Of a stretch of 64,000 nt of DNA, positions 38,820 through 53,060 are shown piece by piece (within the stretch, counting starts at the first letter, position 1; each line of letters opens with the position of its first letter). The notes under the pieces were generated by a model that saw only the letters and a program-made list of their open reading frames with translations, searched no databases and had not been told where the DNA came from. The position numbers and the translations under genes are program-made. The DNA is from the human T2T-CHM13v2.0 reference genome, Homo sapiens, in assembly GCF_009914755.1 (NCBI RefSeq), contig NC_060927.1; one strand, given 5' to 3'.

Positions 38820-39275
38820 GGGTTTGAGGAAGAAGAGTTGGGCACATTTGAAGAATGGAACTAAGGCTAGTTTTAAAGAACAGTGAGTAGCATGGGATAA
38901 GAATGGCAAGGTGGTTGGGGGCCAGATTGTGAAGGGCCCTGTAGGCCCGATAAAGGAATGGTTTTCTCCTCTAAGTGTGGTGGGAAACCATTGAGCAGGG
39001 AAGTGACAAGATCTGATTTACATTTTAAAGGATCACTCTCTACTACATGGAAAATGGACTGCAGAGAACTAGGATGCTCTATCAGTAGTCACGGCCAGAA
39101 ACACTGGTAACTTGGTCCAGTGTAGTAGCAGTAGAAATGGATTCAAGATTAATTTTGAAAGTAAGAAAAGCAAGTACTTTGCTGGTGGTTTCAGAATGTG
39201 GAATAAAGAATGAGGAGGAACCAGGGTTGATTTCCAGGTTTTTGTCTTAAGCAAATGGGCGGAACCTTCCCAAGA
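38820..39275 (-). mobile_element. L2 fragment
   Basis: gggccagattgtgaagggcc, gtgacaagatctgatttacattttaaaggatcactct. Confidence 0.75.
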
Positions 39276-39530
39276 TATGCTGAGCAGATTCCTGTGCAAC
39301 AGACCGCAAACCAGAATTAGGGATGGTAGTCCACCACTCCCATTTGTGGCAAGTGGCACTTTCTGAAGATGCCAATGGTTCGGATTATCCCTCTACCCCA
39401 AGCAATTTATTGCGATTTCCCAACAGGGCTCTGGGGTGGGTCAACTCCACCCACTTCACATCTCTTCATAAGCACTTGTACTTCAGATGTGGTTCAGAAT
39501 TATTTTGTCTATTTTCCAGTGATGACCTCC

Positions 39531-39533
<3 letters not shown>

Positions 39534-39568
<35 letters not shown>
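39534..39568. repeat. (GT)n microsatellite
   Basis: About 14 perfect GT units followed by an interrupted tail. Confidence 0.95.
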
Positions 39569-39769
39569 GTTATCTTCCTTTTGGCAGGGTGCATTATGAT
39601 TCTTCAGTCGCAGGACACAATGAGCTCTCAGAATCCTATAGTTCTGGAGGTGTCTGGGTGTCTTGGCCAATGTGTACAACTGACCTGTCTTCCAGCACTT
39701 TTCAATGATAATTAACCTCACTATGGAATTACTTTAACAAGAAGAATCGTTATGCTTCCTTTGACCTTA

Positions 39770-40330
39770 ACTCCTATTATTTCTTGTTGCACCTAAAATA
39801 ATGTCCTAAATCCTTAACAAGGCCCTACAGTTTCTAGCCCCCACCTTCTCCTCTGGTCTCATCTTGGCTACTTGTCCTGATTCCCTTTCCATGTTAGCTC
39901 TACTGAAGTTCTCTCAGTTTTACCCACTCAGTTTGCTTTCTCCTGCCACAGGGCTTTCTTTTTTCTTAACAAGCTATTCGCTATTCGTAGAAAGCCTTTC
40001 CCCTTGATAACCAGTGGTTTATGACTAAGCTTGAATAAATGGTATTTCCTCAAGGATACTTTTCTGTGTCTCCCCTACCCAGTTTTGCATACACCTAAAC
40101 TTTCATAGACCTCCTTATTACATGATACTGAGGATTCTTGAATGGTTATTTTGCTAATTTTTCTTAATTTAATTATCTATAGTTATTTATTTATCTTCTC
40201 TAGTTGACTATAAATGCTATGAAGACAGGGATTATGTCTGCCCAATTCTTCTTTATATATCTCCAGTGCTTACCCTACTGCCTGGTATACAACAGCAAGT
40301 ATTCAATAAATACTGTTGCTTTCATGGATT
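39770..40330 (+). mobile_element. L2 3' end
   Basis: aaatccttaacaaggccctaca...tgaagacagggattatgtctg...ctgcctggtatac...attcaataaatactgttg. Confidence 0.7.
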
Positions 40331-42377
40331 GATTTCAACAGTTGGGATACATTGATTCTTTCACTCTAAGAAGAATCATCATAGGCTTTTAACAGTTCAA
40401 TTATTTGCAACTGCAAAATCATGTACTGAGTTTATTTGTATTCCAGTGCATTTGGTGGCCAATGTAATACAGCTTCCCAAATTTCTATAATGCTGTTTTT
40501 GTCTCTTATCTCCAACAAATTGAAACGTAGATTTGCCTTTTAAGCAAATCTGTCTGCTGACAAATTATTTCCCTCTTTTGTTCCTTAATCTATTTCAATA
40601 CAGGATTCTGTTATGTTCAGAATTTCTTGCCCTTCTACCTATTTCTCTTTCCCTTCACCTTGAGTATTCTTGGATCTTATTTTGGATTTTCCTCTACGGT
40701 CAAAACACCGTCCACTCCCAAATACTGTTCCCTACTTCAAAAGAGCGAGTAGAGGCATTCTCTACAAGATACTCACCCATTCTGGTTAGTTTTTCAGCTT
40801 CCTAGATTAAAGCTAACTGCCCCTATCTTCAGATTGTAAAATTCCTCTAGCTGGGAGGTTTTCTGCTCTGTGTACTTTTATGACATTTTGTAAGCATTAA
40901 TGATATGCTACAGCATTTTGTAGAGTACTATAACAGAGAATTATATATTAGAGAAAAATTAAGGCCATCAAGCCTGTAATAAGGCCTCAGGAGAACTGCT
41001 GAATATCTCAAGTGCGTTTTGGATTTCTATAAAATTTGGCTTGACATTTATATGGGGTTCCAAATAGTTTTTAGCACTCTCATCTTAATAATCACCCCAA
41101 CTTGTGTACTCTGGTTTTCCATTTTGCAGGAGAAATCAGCGAAAACATTTACAGATCAAGTCAGAGCTGGTAGAGCCAGGAACACACATTGCTCTCTAGG
41201 TCTGTTTATAAAATAGAGAGATTTTTAGTTACCAAATCTCCCCAAATTATGGACACAATTAAAATGTAAATATTAACTAATTTCCCATACTCATAACAAA
41301 GAAAGAGCTTAAAGAAGTTAATTTGTTAAAAGACTAGTAAGTGACAAGCCCTCCAGTTGGCCCTTTACAGATGTCTTTATTCATACTCTCAACATTCCTG
41401 AGGAACAGAGACCATCTCCATGTAGAAGGTAAGAAAATAGGCTCGGCAATTAGGCAACTTTCTCCAGGTCTTTATAAATAGAAAACGGTGAGACTGAGAC
41501 TAAACCTAGATCTGACTGTTTCATCATTTGTGCTCTTATTAAGACATGAATGATTCTGACCAGGTGTCTTCCGTCAAGGAGTTTAAATTATGGTGGGAGA
41601 TGCAGTGGTAAACACATTGACAAGATGATTCCATGGAGATAGGTACTGGGAGAAATATAAAATGGGACAAAGAGAAGAAGACTGTAGAGTGAAGGGGAAC
41701 CATTTTATATTAAGTATAAAAAGTATTCAAAATTTTCTTTGTTACGGGAAAATTCAAATATACAAAGTAGAGAGAACAGCAAAATGAACCCCCATGTAAC
41801 GACAGCCTCCTGCAACAATGTCATCTCATAGCCATTCTTATTCTATCTTCCCACCAACTCTGATGATTTCAGTTGTAAATCTTTCATTAAGTATTTGCAA
41901 AAGATAACTAACTATTTTTTTTCCTTTTATACAAAACCACACCACCATGATCACATCTAAAGACAAGTTAATAATTCATGGTATTATTTTAGATTTGGGG
42001 TTTGAGGAAAGGCCTATTGGAAGAGGTTATGTTTTGATGATAGCTGAGTTTTAAAAACAGCCAGCCATGATAACACAAGCGGATAGCACCAAATTTTAAT
42101 TTGGACACCACCAAAATTTCAGTTTTTTAGCTATAAGGAAAAACAGCTGGGTTTGTCAAAAACAATTCTGGTTGTTCCCTGTAAAATAGTAAGCTTACAG
42201 AAAATTTGTTTCTAAGGAACAGATAATCTATGCTTTTGGTCCAAAGTAAGTTGAATTTTTTCCTTCTATTTCAGATGACAGATGGATGTAGCTGAATCTA
42301 AGAAGATGTGTACTTGTCCCAAATGTGCAGGATAAATAAATACAGAAGTCACCAACAGAAGACTCAGTCAATGCTAG

Positions 42378-42926
42378 TGTCAGAGGCATGTGAACCAGAG
42401 CAACTCCATCTTAATTAGTAGCTGGGTAAAATGAGGCTGAGACCTACTGGTCTGCATTCCCAGATGGTTAAGGCATTCCAAGTCACAGGATAAGATAGGA
42501 GGTCGGCACAAGATACAGGTCATAAAGACCCTGCTGATAAAACAGTTTGCAGTAAAGAAGCTGGCTAAATCCCACCAACACCAAGATGGTGATAAGAGTG
42601 ACCTCTGGTCCTCCTCACTGCTACACTCCCAACAGCACCATGAGAGTTTACAGATGCCATGGCAATGTCAGGAAGTTACCCTATATGGTCTAAAAAGGGG
42701 AGGCATGAATAATCCATCCCTTGTTTAGCATATCATCAAGAAATAACCATAAAAATGGGTAACCAGCAGCTCTCAGGGCTGCTCTGTCTATGGAGCAGCC
42801 ATTCTTTTATTCCGCCACTTTCCTAATAAACTTGCTTTCACTTTATGGGCTCGCCCTGAATTCTTTCTTTTGCCAGGCCCAAGAACCCTCTCTTAGGGTC
42901 TGGATCGGGACCTCTTTCCTGTAGCA
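42378..42926 (+). mobile_element. MER41A ERV1 solo LTR
   Basis: tgtcagaggcatgtgaaccagagcaactccatctt...ggatcgggacctctttcctgtagca; 549 bp; AATAAA at 42825; 4-bp TSD ctag/ttag; lacks the GAS-containing segment of MER41B. Confidence 0.9.
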
Positions 42927-44129
42927 TTAGGGCAGGGCTAGCCTCAAGCCGCAGACTCTTCTCGGTAGAATCGCTACACCCCCAGTGCCTGTTGAGTGAG
43001 GTTCCATAGCTGGCTGGACTATAGATCCCGCTGCCTGGCTATTTCATTATTTGTTTTTTGAAAATCCACTTAACCAAACCGTTCTGGAACCAAGAGATGA
43101 AAATACTCCTAAAAACCGTTGGATTACTTCATCCCACTGTAAGAAGTATCTCTGTGCTTGCTTGTTCCTTTCCTGGATGAAGATCAGCTGAACACAGCGG
43201 CAGCATTAATGTTCCTTGCTGGCATTTCAGCCCAATGTCTCCAGGCAGGCATTTCGCCAAGCCCTCCTCTGCCCATTTGAAATTCAAATCCCTTGAATAA
43301 GCCTCAGTGCCACCTTTGTCCAAAAACCTCAAAAGCCCCAGTCTATGTCGATCTGCCTTTAAGTTATAAAGGGACATATGACTGCGTAGGAAGATAAACT
43401 GTGTTGAAATAACATCCAGGGTGGTTGTTAAATAAATTCAGGAAAACCAAGACATTCACTGTTAAGCCGAGACTCTGTCCTCAACTCACCTCCCAGACAA
43501 GAAGTGGGCAAAGAAGCCACATGCTGGGAGCCCACACTCTTGAACTCTGGCTTAGCTTTTAGGATCTTCAACGGCTATTTGTACTTAAAAATAATCTAAG
43601 TTACCAACTTTTTGCAGCCTCTGAGCTCCTGTTCCGGGCATCTGGAGAGGTGTTCTTAAAGTCTTAGCTTAAGAAACCTTTAGCTATGATGGGAGAATCT
43701 TGGGTCCATTTTCTTTTTAGGCAATTCATGTGCTGTATGACCTTGGAAAAAGCACTTGACCACCCTGCACTTTATTTTCCACATCTGCAAAATGGGGATA
43801 TTCAGATTTGGATCATAGGTTTGTTGTGAGGGCCAAATAAGAGGCATGGGAAGATGCCTTGAGAGCTAAAAGACCCAATGTAATATAAGCTTTTTTTAAA
43901 AAATGAAGACTCTAAGAGCGATGCAGCTGCACTTTGGGACTGATGAGGGATTTGTGTGAAGCCTGTGGCTCAGTTCGATTTAAAAGGGATTTACCAGACA
44001 CCTCCTCTTCATTTAGCATGCTTTCCCTGGTGCCAAAGAACTTGTAGGGGTGTGGTTGGGGTAGGGGTGGTGGGGAGATGAGAAACACAGAAATAAAAAT
44101 GACTACACAGCAGTACACAGAACCAAGTG

Positions 44130-44295
44130 TCCTCGAGCAAGGTTAACTTCTCTAAGCTGAGTTTCCTTAGTAATAAAATGGGTGACAATAACAAGGCCCA
44201 CCTCATAGAATTCTTGTAGGCATTAGAAGAGATAGGAGGGGCAGAGCATTGAGCATAGTGTCTGGCACACAGGAAACTCCATAAATTTATCTGCT
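44130..44295 (+). mobile_element. MIR
   Basis: gagcaaggttaacttctctaagctgagtttcc...taaaatggg...cctcatagaatt...gtgtctggcaca. Confidence 0.75.
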
Positions 44296-45004
44296 TTTAA
44301 AAAGGCAATTTAAATTTCTTTTCCTCAATAAAGGCAGTCAAGTTCTGATATTCTTTTCTATCAGCTTTAAGAAGAGGGAACTTTTTTTCATGTCTGTAAT
44401 AGAATCCAGGAAGGTTTCTGAACAGGAGTAACTGTGCAAAATTAACCTGGCAGCAGTTTTGGGAGGGAATGAAAGAAGGTCAGGCGGTAGTTAGGAGGCC
44501 TATTAAGATGATATTTTAATAATCTAGAGGCAGGCCTAGAAAATATGATTGAGGAAGATGATAAATGAATGAGTAAAGGCTCAGAGGAGGCAAGAGGGAC
44601 CAGGATTAAGAATATGGGACTTGGTGGCATGTATCCATCGCTCATTCTGCCCATCTCCTTTCTGTGGACTAGGGCCCATGGCACCATTTGGTCATGGCAG
44701 TCTTTCCCCCTGAGCAAGCTCTGTAGGCATTATTGCCATTGGCTTCAGCTTGGCACAACCCATGTGCTCTCTTTAGAGATGGAGGAGCTCATCTTCAAAG
44801 GGAGGAGCATGACTTTTCCAGGAGGAGGAGCTAAGGAAGAGAGGGAGGGTGAATCTAGCATTGGAATCTCAAGATGAAAATTACCAGATAATTCAACTGC
44901 CTCTTCAGTATAGGAATCTGGTTTATGATTTTAGTGCACAAAATAGCAATGAGGCAGCAGGGGATGAGGAGCAGAGGGAAGATTTAGACTGCTTTCCATA
45001 AAAT

Positions 45005-45215
45005 AATGACATATTTATTGTACAATTATTATGTGCTAGGTCCTCTGTCAGAGGCTTTGCATGCTTTTCTTGTTTAATTCTTACTGTAACCTTACGAAGT
45101 TAGTCATATTATCTCCATTTTGTAGATGAGGAAACTGAGGGCAAGTGGCCCCAAATGACTTAGGAGTAGATTTAAAGGCAGGCAGTATGACTCTAGAGCC
45201 CAAGCCCTATGCTAA
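45005..45215 (-). mobile_element. MIR
   Basis: tattatctccattttgtagatgaggaaactgagg. Confidence 0.78.
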
Positions 45216-47038
45216 ACTGAGCATTTTGAATATATTAAGGAAACAAGAAATGGAAAAGACCTAATGAATGTCTTTTGGATTTTGCATTCATACCCAGGGC
45301 TTACTTATATTAATTTTTGAAAATATGTTCTAATGTCAATTAAAATTGAGGAAAACTGAAACCACTTCTTTGTCACAAATTAGGGACAAAAAGCTGTAAA
45401 GATGCCTTTGTTTGATCAGAAAAAAGAATTCTGTTTATGTCTAACAGAGAACTGATTGTAAATGTTACAATGAAGTCTTTTCAGTAATAATGTCCTCTTT
45501 AAATTACCTGCTGATTGTTGGCACATGGTAAGAATAACAGAGTCAATGTCTATGTGTATGTGTGTGTGTGAACCTGTTTGTATTATGTTGTTATGCTAAA
45601 CTCAGCTAAAAATTACACAAAGAATCATCTAACCAGAAAGCAGCTAAGCAATTGCTTACAATGGTTTGGTTGTTATATCATACTCCTTTGATTCATTTTT
45701 ATTTTTGCTTTCAAGTTTCATTCTAACAAACCATTTAGTGGAGCTGCAGAGTAGAGTTTATTTATTCCGCATGAGATAGCAGGACATTGTAATCACATAT
45801 GATTTTTTAATATATAAATGTGTCAGATGTCCGGAAGAAACACACTCCCAGGGTAAAATTGCTCTACACCCACTTCTCTGTTAAATAAGACTATTTACTG
45901 ATAGATAGTGGATTTCAAAAACATTCCCTTTCCCATTTAACAGTGCATAACATTCAGGAAGTCAAATATTTCTTTCTTATATAATAATAAATGCCTGTTA
46001 GGATTCATTTTTTTTGTTTCATGTTTCTTATCAGTGTCAATTGTAATCAATTACCTGTAGAAAAAGATGGAAGTTCTAATGTATTATATGATGACACACA
46101 GTAGATACAGTCTTTCTATTTAGAATTGAACAAAACCCCTGTGTTAGTATTTTGTGAGTACCAAGGGAAGGCTCTGGAGATAGACCTTAAATGAATAAAG
46201 CATTTTTTTAGCCTCCTTTCTTAAATACTTTAACTTTTAGAAATAACACTGGATAGCCAATGAAAACACTTCTTTGATAAAAGCTAAGAATTTAAGATAA
46301 AAAACAGCTGGGCAGGTTTTTTCTATACAAAAGGAAACAACTTTGAACTACATAGACAATGTCATTTAAACCCAAACAGATGTGGTTTAATCTTGTTTTT
46401 GATCCTCTGGTAGATTTTTCTCAAAATGCCTGCATATGCATAGAAATGATGACTTTCAGATGTTCGAACATAATTTGTCTCTGTTAGAATATCACCTTGG
46501 TACATAGATCATGTACACCAAATACTCCAAGGCTTTGAACAGGGACAGCAGGGTACCAGAGAGAATTTATGCTGGTCTTTTGGTTTAGCCTAATGAGTCT
46601 GTAAGAAACTAAAGGGGAAGAAGAAAGCAATGGTGTCCACGTAATGTCATTTTCAAAACAAGAAAGTCACATGTGTTCTCCACGACTTCAGTAAATCATG
46701 GTGATAGTTTCAGATCCTCGCATTTAGAAATGCTTTTAAGATGAATCATATCACATGAACGCTCTAAAAATAATACACATGGTGGATTTATGCACCCTTC
46801 TGTGTCTCCGTTGATTATTATCCACTCATCCTACAATATCCTCTTGCACTGGAGCTTTCCCATCCTAACACCAGGAGAAGGAATCACTGGAGCGAAACGA
46901 TTTTAAAACAAGAAATGTCATCAGTCAGACTGTGAAGCCACCTACTAAAATATACTCAAATCCACTTTCAACTTCAAAGCCTATTAGAGTTGTTACCTCA
47001 GGCAGCAGCCAAAAGGTTGAAGGAAGAGTTGTGCAGAT

Positions 47039-47332
<294 letters not shown>

Positions 47333-49514
47333 GCAGATAGAAATTTTATACAGATTTTTCCTTTCCTTCTCTCCCCTCTCCCTACCTGAATTAATATTAT
47401 GGTGAATGGCAGGGAAAGCATCTAATGGAACAACATGTGGAGAGGCTTATGATCACTAATAGGAATCAAAAGGAAAGAGAACTCTAGGACAGAGGACACT
47501 GGTAATTAAAGCTCAGACCATCAAATGACCATGGGGAGGTCCATGGACAGCATTGTTCCAATTTAGCTTTTCCTTCAAGGTACCCTGTCTTTAGTTTCTA
47601 TAATTTTCTCCATGGTTGTAGCCCTTGAGAATATGTAAAAGCCCACATCTGGAGTGGGAGGAAATTAGATGCATATATTTGTTGGCAAAATTTTGAAAAA
47701 GAAGTGTGTGTGTGCTGGGGATCTGTAGGGGGAATGAATAAGAGGAGAGATGGGGGTGAGGTAGACTGAGGGTGGTGGTGGTGGATTTGTGCTTGAATCA
47801 TTGAGAAACCAGCCTAATGGCTCCAATCAAAACACTAAAGAAGGATCCAATTCATAAGTGGTCAAACATTTTCTAGAACTCTGTTGGCTCTCTAGCAACA
47901 AACTATTGTTCTGTGAAATGTCTCACCTCATCAAAACCCCCCTCAGGCCATACATGTAATGTGAGTTCATCCCTTGCCACAATCTAATCTACAACAATAA
48001 TCTGGCATTATATGTGAATGCTTATTATTTTAGAAATGCAGATTTGTTTATATGGTTGGAGTCTCTAAGTCCTCTGCACTATCCATTTGTGCTGTCTGTC
48101 TGGATGTGTTTCCTGATCTTTGTGTGAGGAAGTTGCCCCTGCTCAACATGACTCAAAAAGAAAATAGTAGACTCATTGGAGTTTTGTCATGATGTGCCAG
48201 GGGCATCATGAATGATGTCTCCCACTAAGAATGACAGCAGCTGCCAAAGGATGCAGAAGGCAGGCACTGGCCCAATTACAGAGCAGTGAGTCAGTTTCAG
48301 GAGGCTGTGTAGAAATCCAACTGATTCCTGAGGCAGTGAGGAAGGGGGAAGAGCCTGAAGAAGTTACAGGGAGAAGCAGAGGATGCTGCCTTCATTGGAG
48401 GATGCTTGGGTCCTGAGCAAAGGAGGAGAGGAACTAAAGGCCATAGCACTCCTTTTGGTGAATGGTTTGGAAAGGGGAAAGAGTGAAAGGGGAATGACAG
48501 TGTTACATGGGACACATTAGAAGGCAGCTGAGAAAGGTGGAGAAAATTCCTGAGATTAGGGAGCCACGGAGCTGACTTCTAGCACTGGACATCTCATTGT
48601 GTGACTCAGACAAATTATTTCTACTTTTCTTGTGGATCTTGTGTAAAATAAAATGGTCTGATGTCTTCTAAAGCTCCTTCCAACTAGAAAATGATCTGAG
48701 CATAACAGTCTTATATGACACTGCTTCTGAGTCTATAAATGCACATATTTAACTCAGACTATTTCAACTGAATGCCTGGCAGAAAGAGGAGGAGTAGGTG
48801 GAGTGGAAAGGGGAAGAGAGAGAGCCCAAGACCAAGACAGAATAAACACATAAATGAAGCAGTGATGATAATTCTGGCCCATCTTCACATCTATGGAGTG
48901 ACTTAGCCAGAGTGACTTAGAAGACACATGATTCTTCACCCCTCACATTTGGTCTTGGCACCTACTGTATGAGCATCTCACCCCCTTGAAAAACACTCTG
49001 GTGTTTAAACATATTACTATTAGTATTATAGTGCTTTAATTATTTATTACTATTTTTGGTACAGCATAGTCTCGAACACAAGTCAAATACTCCATTGGGT
49101 ATTCAACCAAATAATCACTAAATCTATTGTGAAGCAGGAAGAAAACCTGTTTGGGTTAGGTTTAGAGAAAAATGGCACATTGATCTTTGATGTAATGTCT
49201 TCCTAAATAATCTTCAATGACAATTCATAATATATGTGATTTTTTTCTTATCCCATGTGCTGACTCCAGAGTTGTAGAATGCTACACCTACTTCCTTTTG
49301 CTGTTGTGGGAATCTCTGTTGTAACTTAGGGAGTGGATTAAAGAGATCCACTAAGCCATGAAGAACTGGATGAGATCATAGTCATCATTCTTAAGAGTCT
49401 CTGTGGAAAAGTGATGACAATAACAAAAATAACTAATTTGTGCCAAGGGCCTTTGTGCCATGTACCATGTGGAACATTTTACACATATTCTCGTCTTTTC
49501 CACAACAATCTCAT

Positions 49515-50160
<646 letters not shown>

Positions 50161-51367
50161 CCTATGCCCAGGCCAAGAAAGCACTGGGATTGCCCTGTCT
50201 GCAGATGGGGAAACCAAGCTCCCAAAGGCTCTTATTTAATAAAAGATGACGATCTCACTACATCTCAACACAGCCTCTGCTTCACATATATCCAGATACA
50301 GGTCAGAAGAGGGCTGTGACTATACGAGATTAGCAAGTCCGGTTGAAACACGCAACTCCACAAGTCTCCTAACACCATTGCTTTGTCTGTGTAAAGCTTG
50401 ATCTTGTTAATTTCTTCCTATTACACTGAATTAACAGAATGGCAAGTTGCACTGGTGTTACATAGAAAAGATATGTTTTCCTGATTGTTTTCTCCCCTTT
50501 TCTTACTCAATCCAGGAACAAAGAGTCAATGCAGCATGGTTTCAGACATGCTCACAGAGGGTCAGGAGACTCCTCAAAGAGGCTGCAGGGACTTCTTTGT
50601 CAGATGACAGTGATGTTCAGTGGTCAGAGCTCCAGGCTGACAACCCCGGCTTTAACCACAGCATCAGTGACTCTGTATTATACACTGTGGCTCTGAAAAT
50701 GAGATTTCTGGGACCTGCACAAAGGTTGAAAATAGTGTGCATGCTATGGCTCCTTGTGAAGAGTAAATAAAGATGTTCTTTGAGTCATCTTTAAAAAACT
50801 GGCTTTAAATGCAAAATTTCCTTAAAAGTTTCCAGTGGAATAAAAATCATAGATGGTAGCTTGTATGTTTTGAAAAATAAATGAGTGCGGGTATGGTACT
50901 GGGTGAGAAAGGATTTTAGGCAATTCTAATCAAAGATTTGAAGAAACAATGAAAGATCAATGCCTGACTATGCTTTTCTCTCTTATCTTTTCTGATGGAT
51001 GTAATGGATATGACACACTCTATTTAAATACACAAACACAGGTACTTATCTATAGCCTAGAGGTTTACAGTTTTTTTTAAGGTCGTTTTTTTTTTTTTTT
51101 TAATATAAACATTGAATGAGGAGGGACTTTTTCCACTCCAAACATTTCAGGAAATGTCTAATTTTCATACTGATTAAATTAGAAGTCTTACCCATTAGGT
51201 GAATAAATAAAAGGAAGAACTGTAAAGAGGCGTTGAAAGCCGGAGTTTGTTGTCCAATGAAGTTAATAAGAAATCATTTCCTCATAATTTCACTGTTTGT
51301 TGCAGTTTGGTTTAAAAAAATGGTGAATATTCAGGGCATATAGATAGATGTTGGCTGTGGTGGTTAT

Positions 51368-51369
<2 letters not shown>

Positions 51370-51403
<34 letters not shown>
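51370..51403. repeat. (GT)17 microsatellite
   Basis: Direct reading of the sequence. Confidence 0.95.
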
Positions 51404-51406
<3 letters not shown>

Positions 51407-52030
51407 TGGGGTTACTGAGAAAAAAAGGCCTTTCTGTCTCCTTTTTTTTTTTCCCTAAAGGATCATTAAAGCAGGGAACAGCAATTGTTCTCCGATTTGC
51501 ATTTGCTCTTTTCTCCTTTGAGTGACAGCCCCTCACTGCTTTTTGGCAGGTCACATGGCTGCCAATTAGAAATATTAGAAATGCTTCCCAGCAGCTAAGT
51601 AATGCTTTGTGACTAAGCTATCACCAATGGAGCAAGAGTGGAAGTGACAGGCAGACCTGCTGAGCCACCTCCTTAAATGCAATTTGTTTCCTCTCTACTT
51701 TCTCTCTTTCCCCCTCCCCATGAATAGGAACTTGGATGTGTAGTGTGAACCCTTCTTACCCAGGTTGGTGAGAAACACACTAGAGGGTGACAGAGCACTA
51801 TGGGAGAAGGAAGAAGAAAGAAGCATCCACCCATGGATGCTCGGGTAATTTAGTGGAGAGGAGCTACCTACAGCCTGCATCGCATGCCTACTTCTGAAAT
51901 ATTTCAGGAAAGAGAAATGAATCTCTGGTTTGTTTGGGCTACTGTATTTTTGTTGTTGCTATTGTGTTTTTTCTTTGTCTTAGCAGCTTATACTCAAATC
52001 AATAACTTATTGGATATGAGGAAAAATTAA

Positions 52031-52366
<336 letters not shown>

Positions 52367-53060
52367 TAATCCCATTCTTAACTAGCCATCTACTATCCTT
52401 TTAGGTGCACAAGGAAATTGCATATGTAAATGAGGATTTAGTTTCAAACTCTAGTTCTCTGCTCCACTGGATCATGCAGAGCAGATGTTGCAAACTTGGT
52501 CACCAACAGGGGCTGGGCAGTTAAGTACAAAGAAGCAAAACTTACTGAGTAGAGCTTGGCGTAGTGGAGAATGTGTGATCCACCTAAAGGACTGTTGTTT
52601 TGGGACATGGGCTTCAGTATTTCTTGATATTTTTACCTGTATAAAAGAAAATGGAAATCCAGATTTTTAAAAAGTAAAATCCATAGATTTTTAATTAACA
52701 AGCTAATATTCACAACATTTTTAAGTAAATATACTATCCGCACTGTGATACTTAATTTTATATGCCAAATTGTCTGGGCCCCAGGGGGCCAAATACCAGG
52801 TTAAAATATCTGGGTGTGTCTGTGATGGTGTTTCTAGAAGAGATAAACATTTGAATTGGTGGACTAATAAAGCAGACGGCCCTCTCCGATGTTGAGTGGG
52901 CATCATCTAACCCTTTGAAGGCCTGAATAGAGCAAGAAGGTGGAAGAAGTTTGAATTAACTTTGCCTAACTTCTTGAGTTGCGACATTTATCTTCTCCTG
53001 CCTTTGATGCTCCTAGTTCTCAGCCCTTCAGCTCTAGACAGGAATTTACATCAGTGCCTT

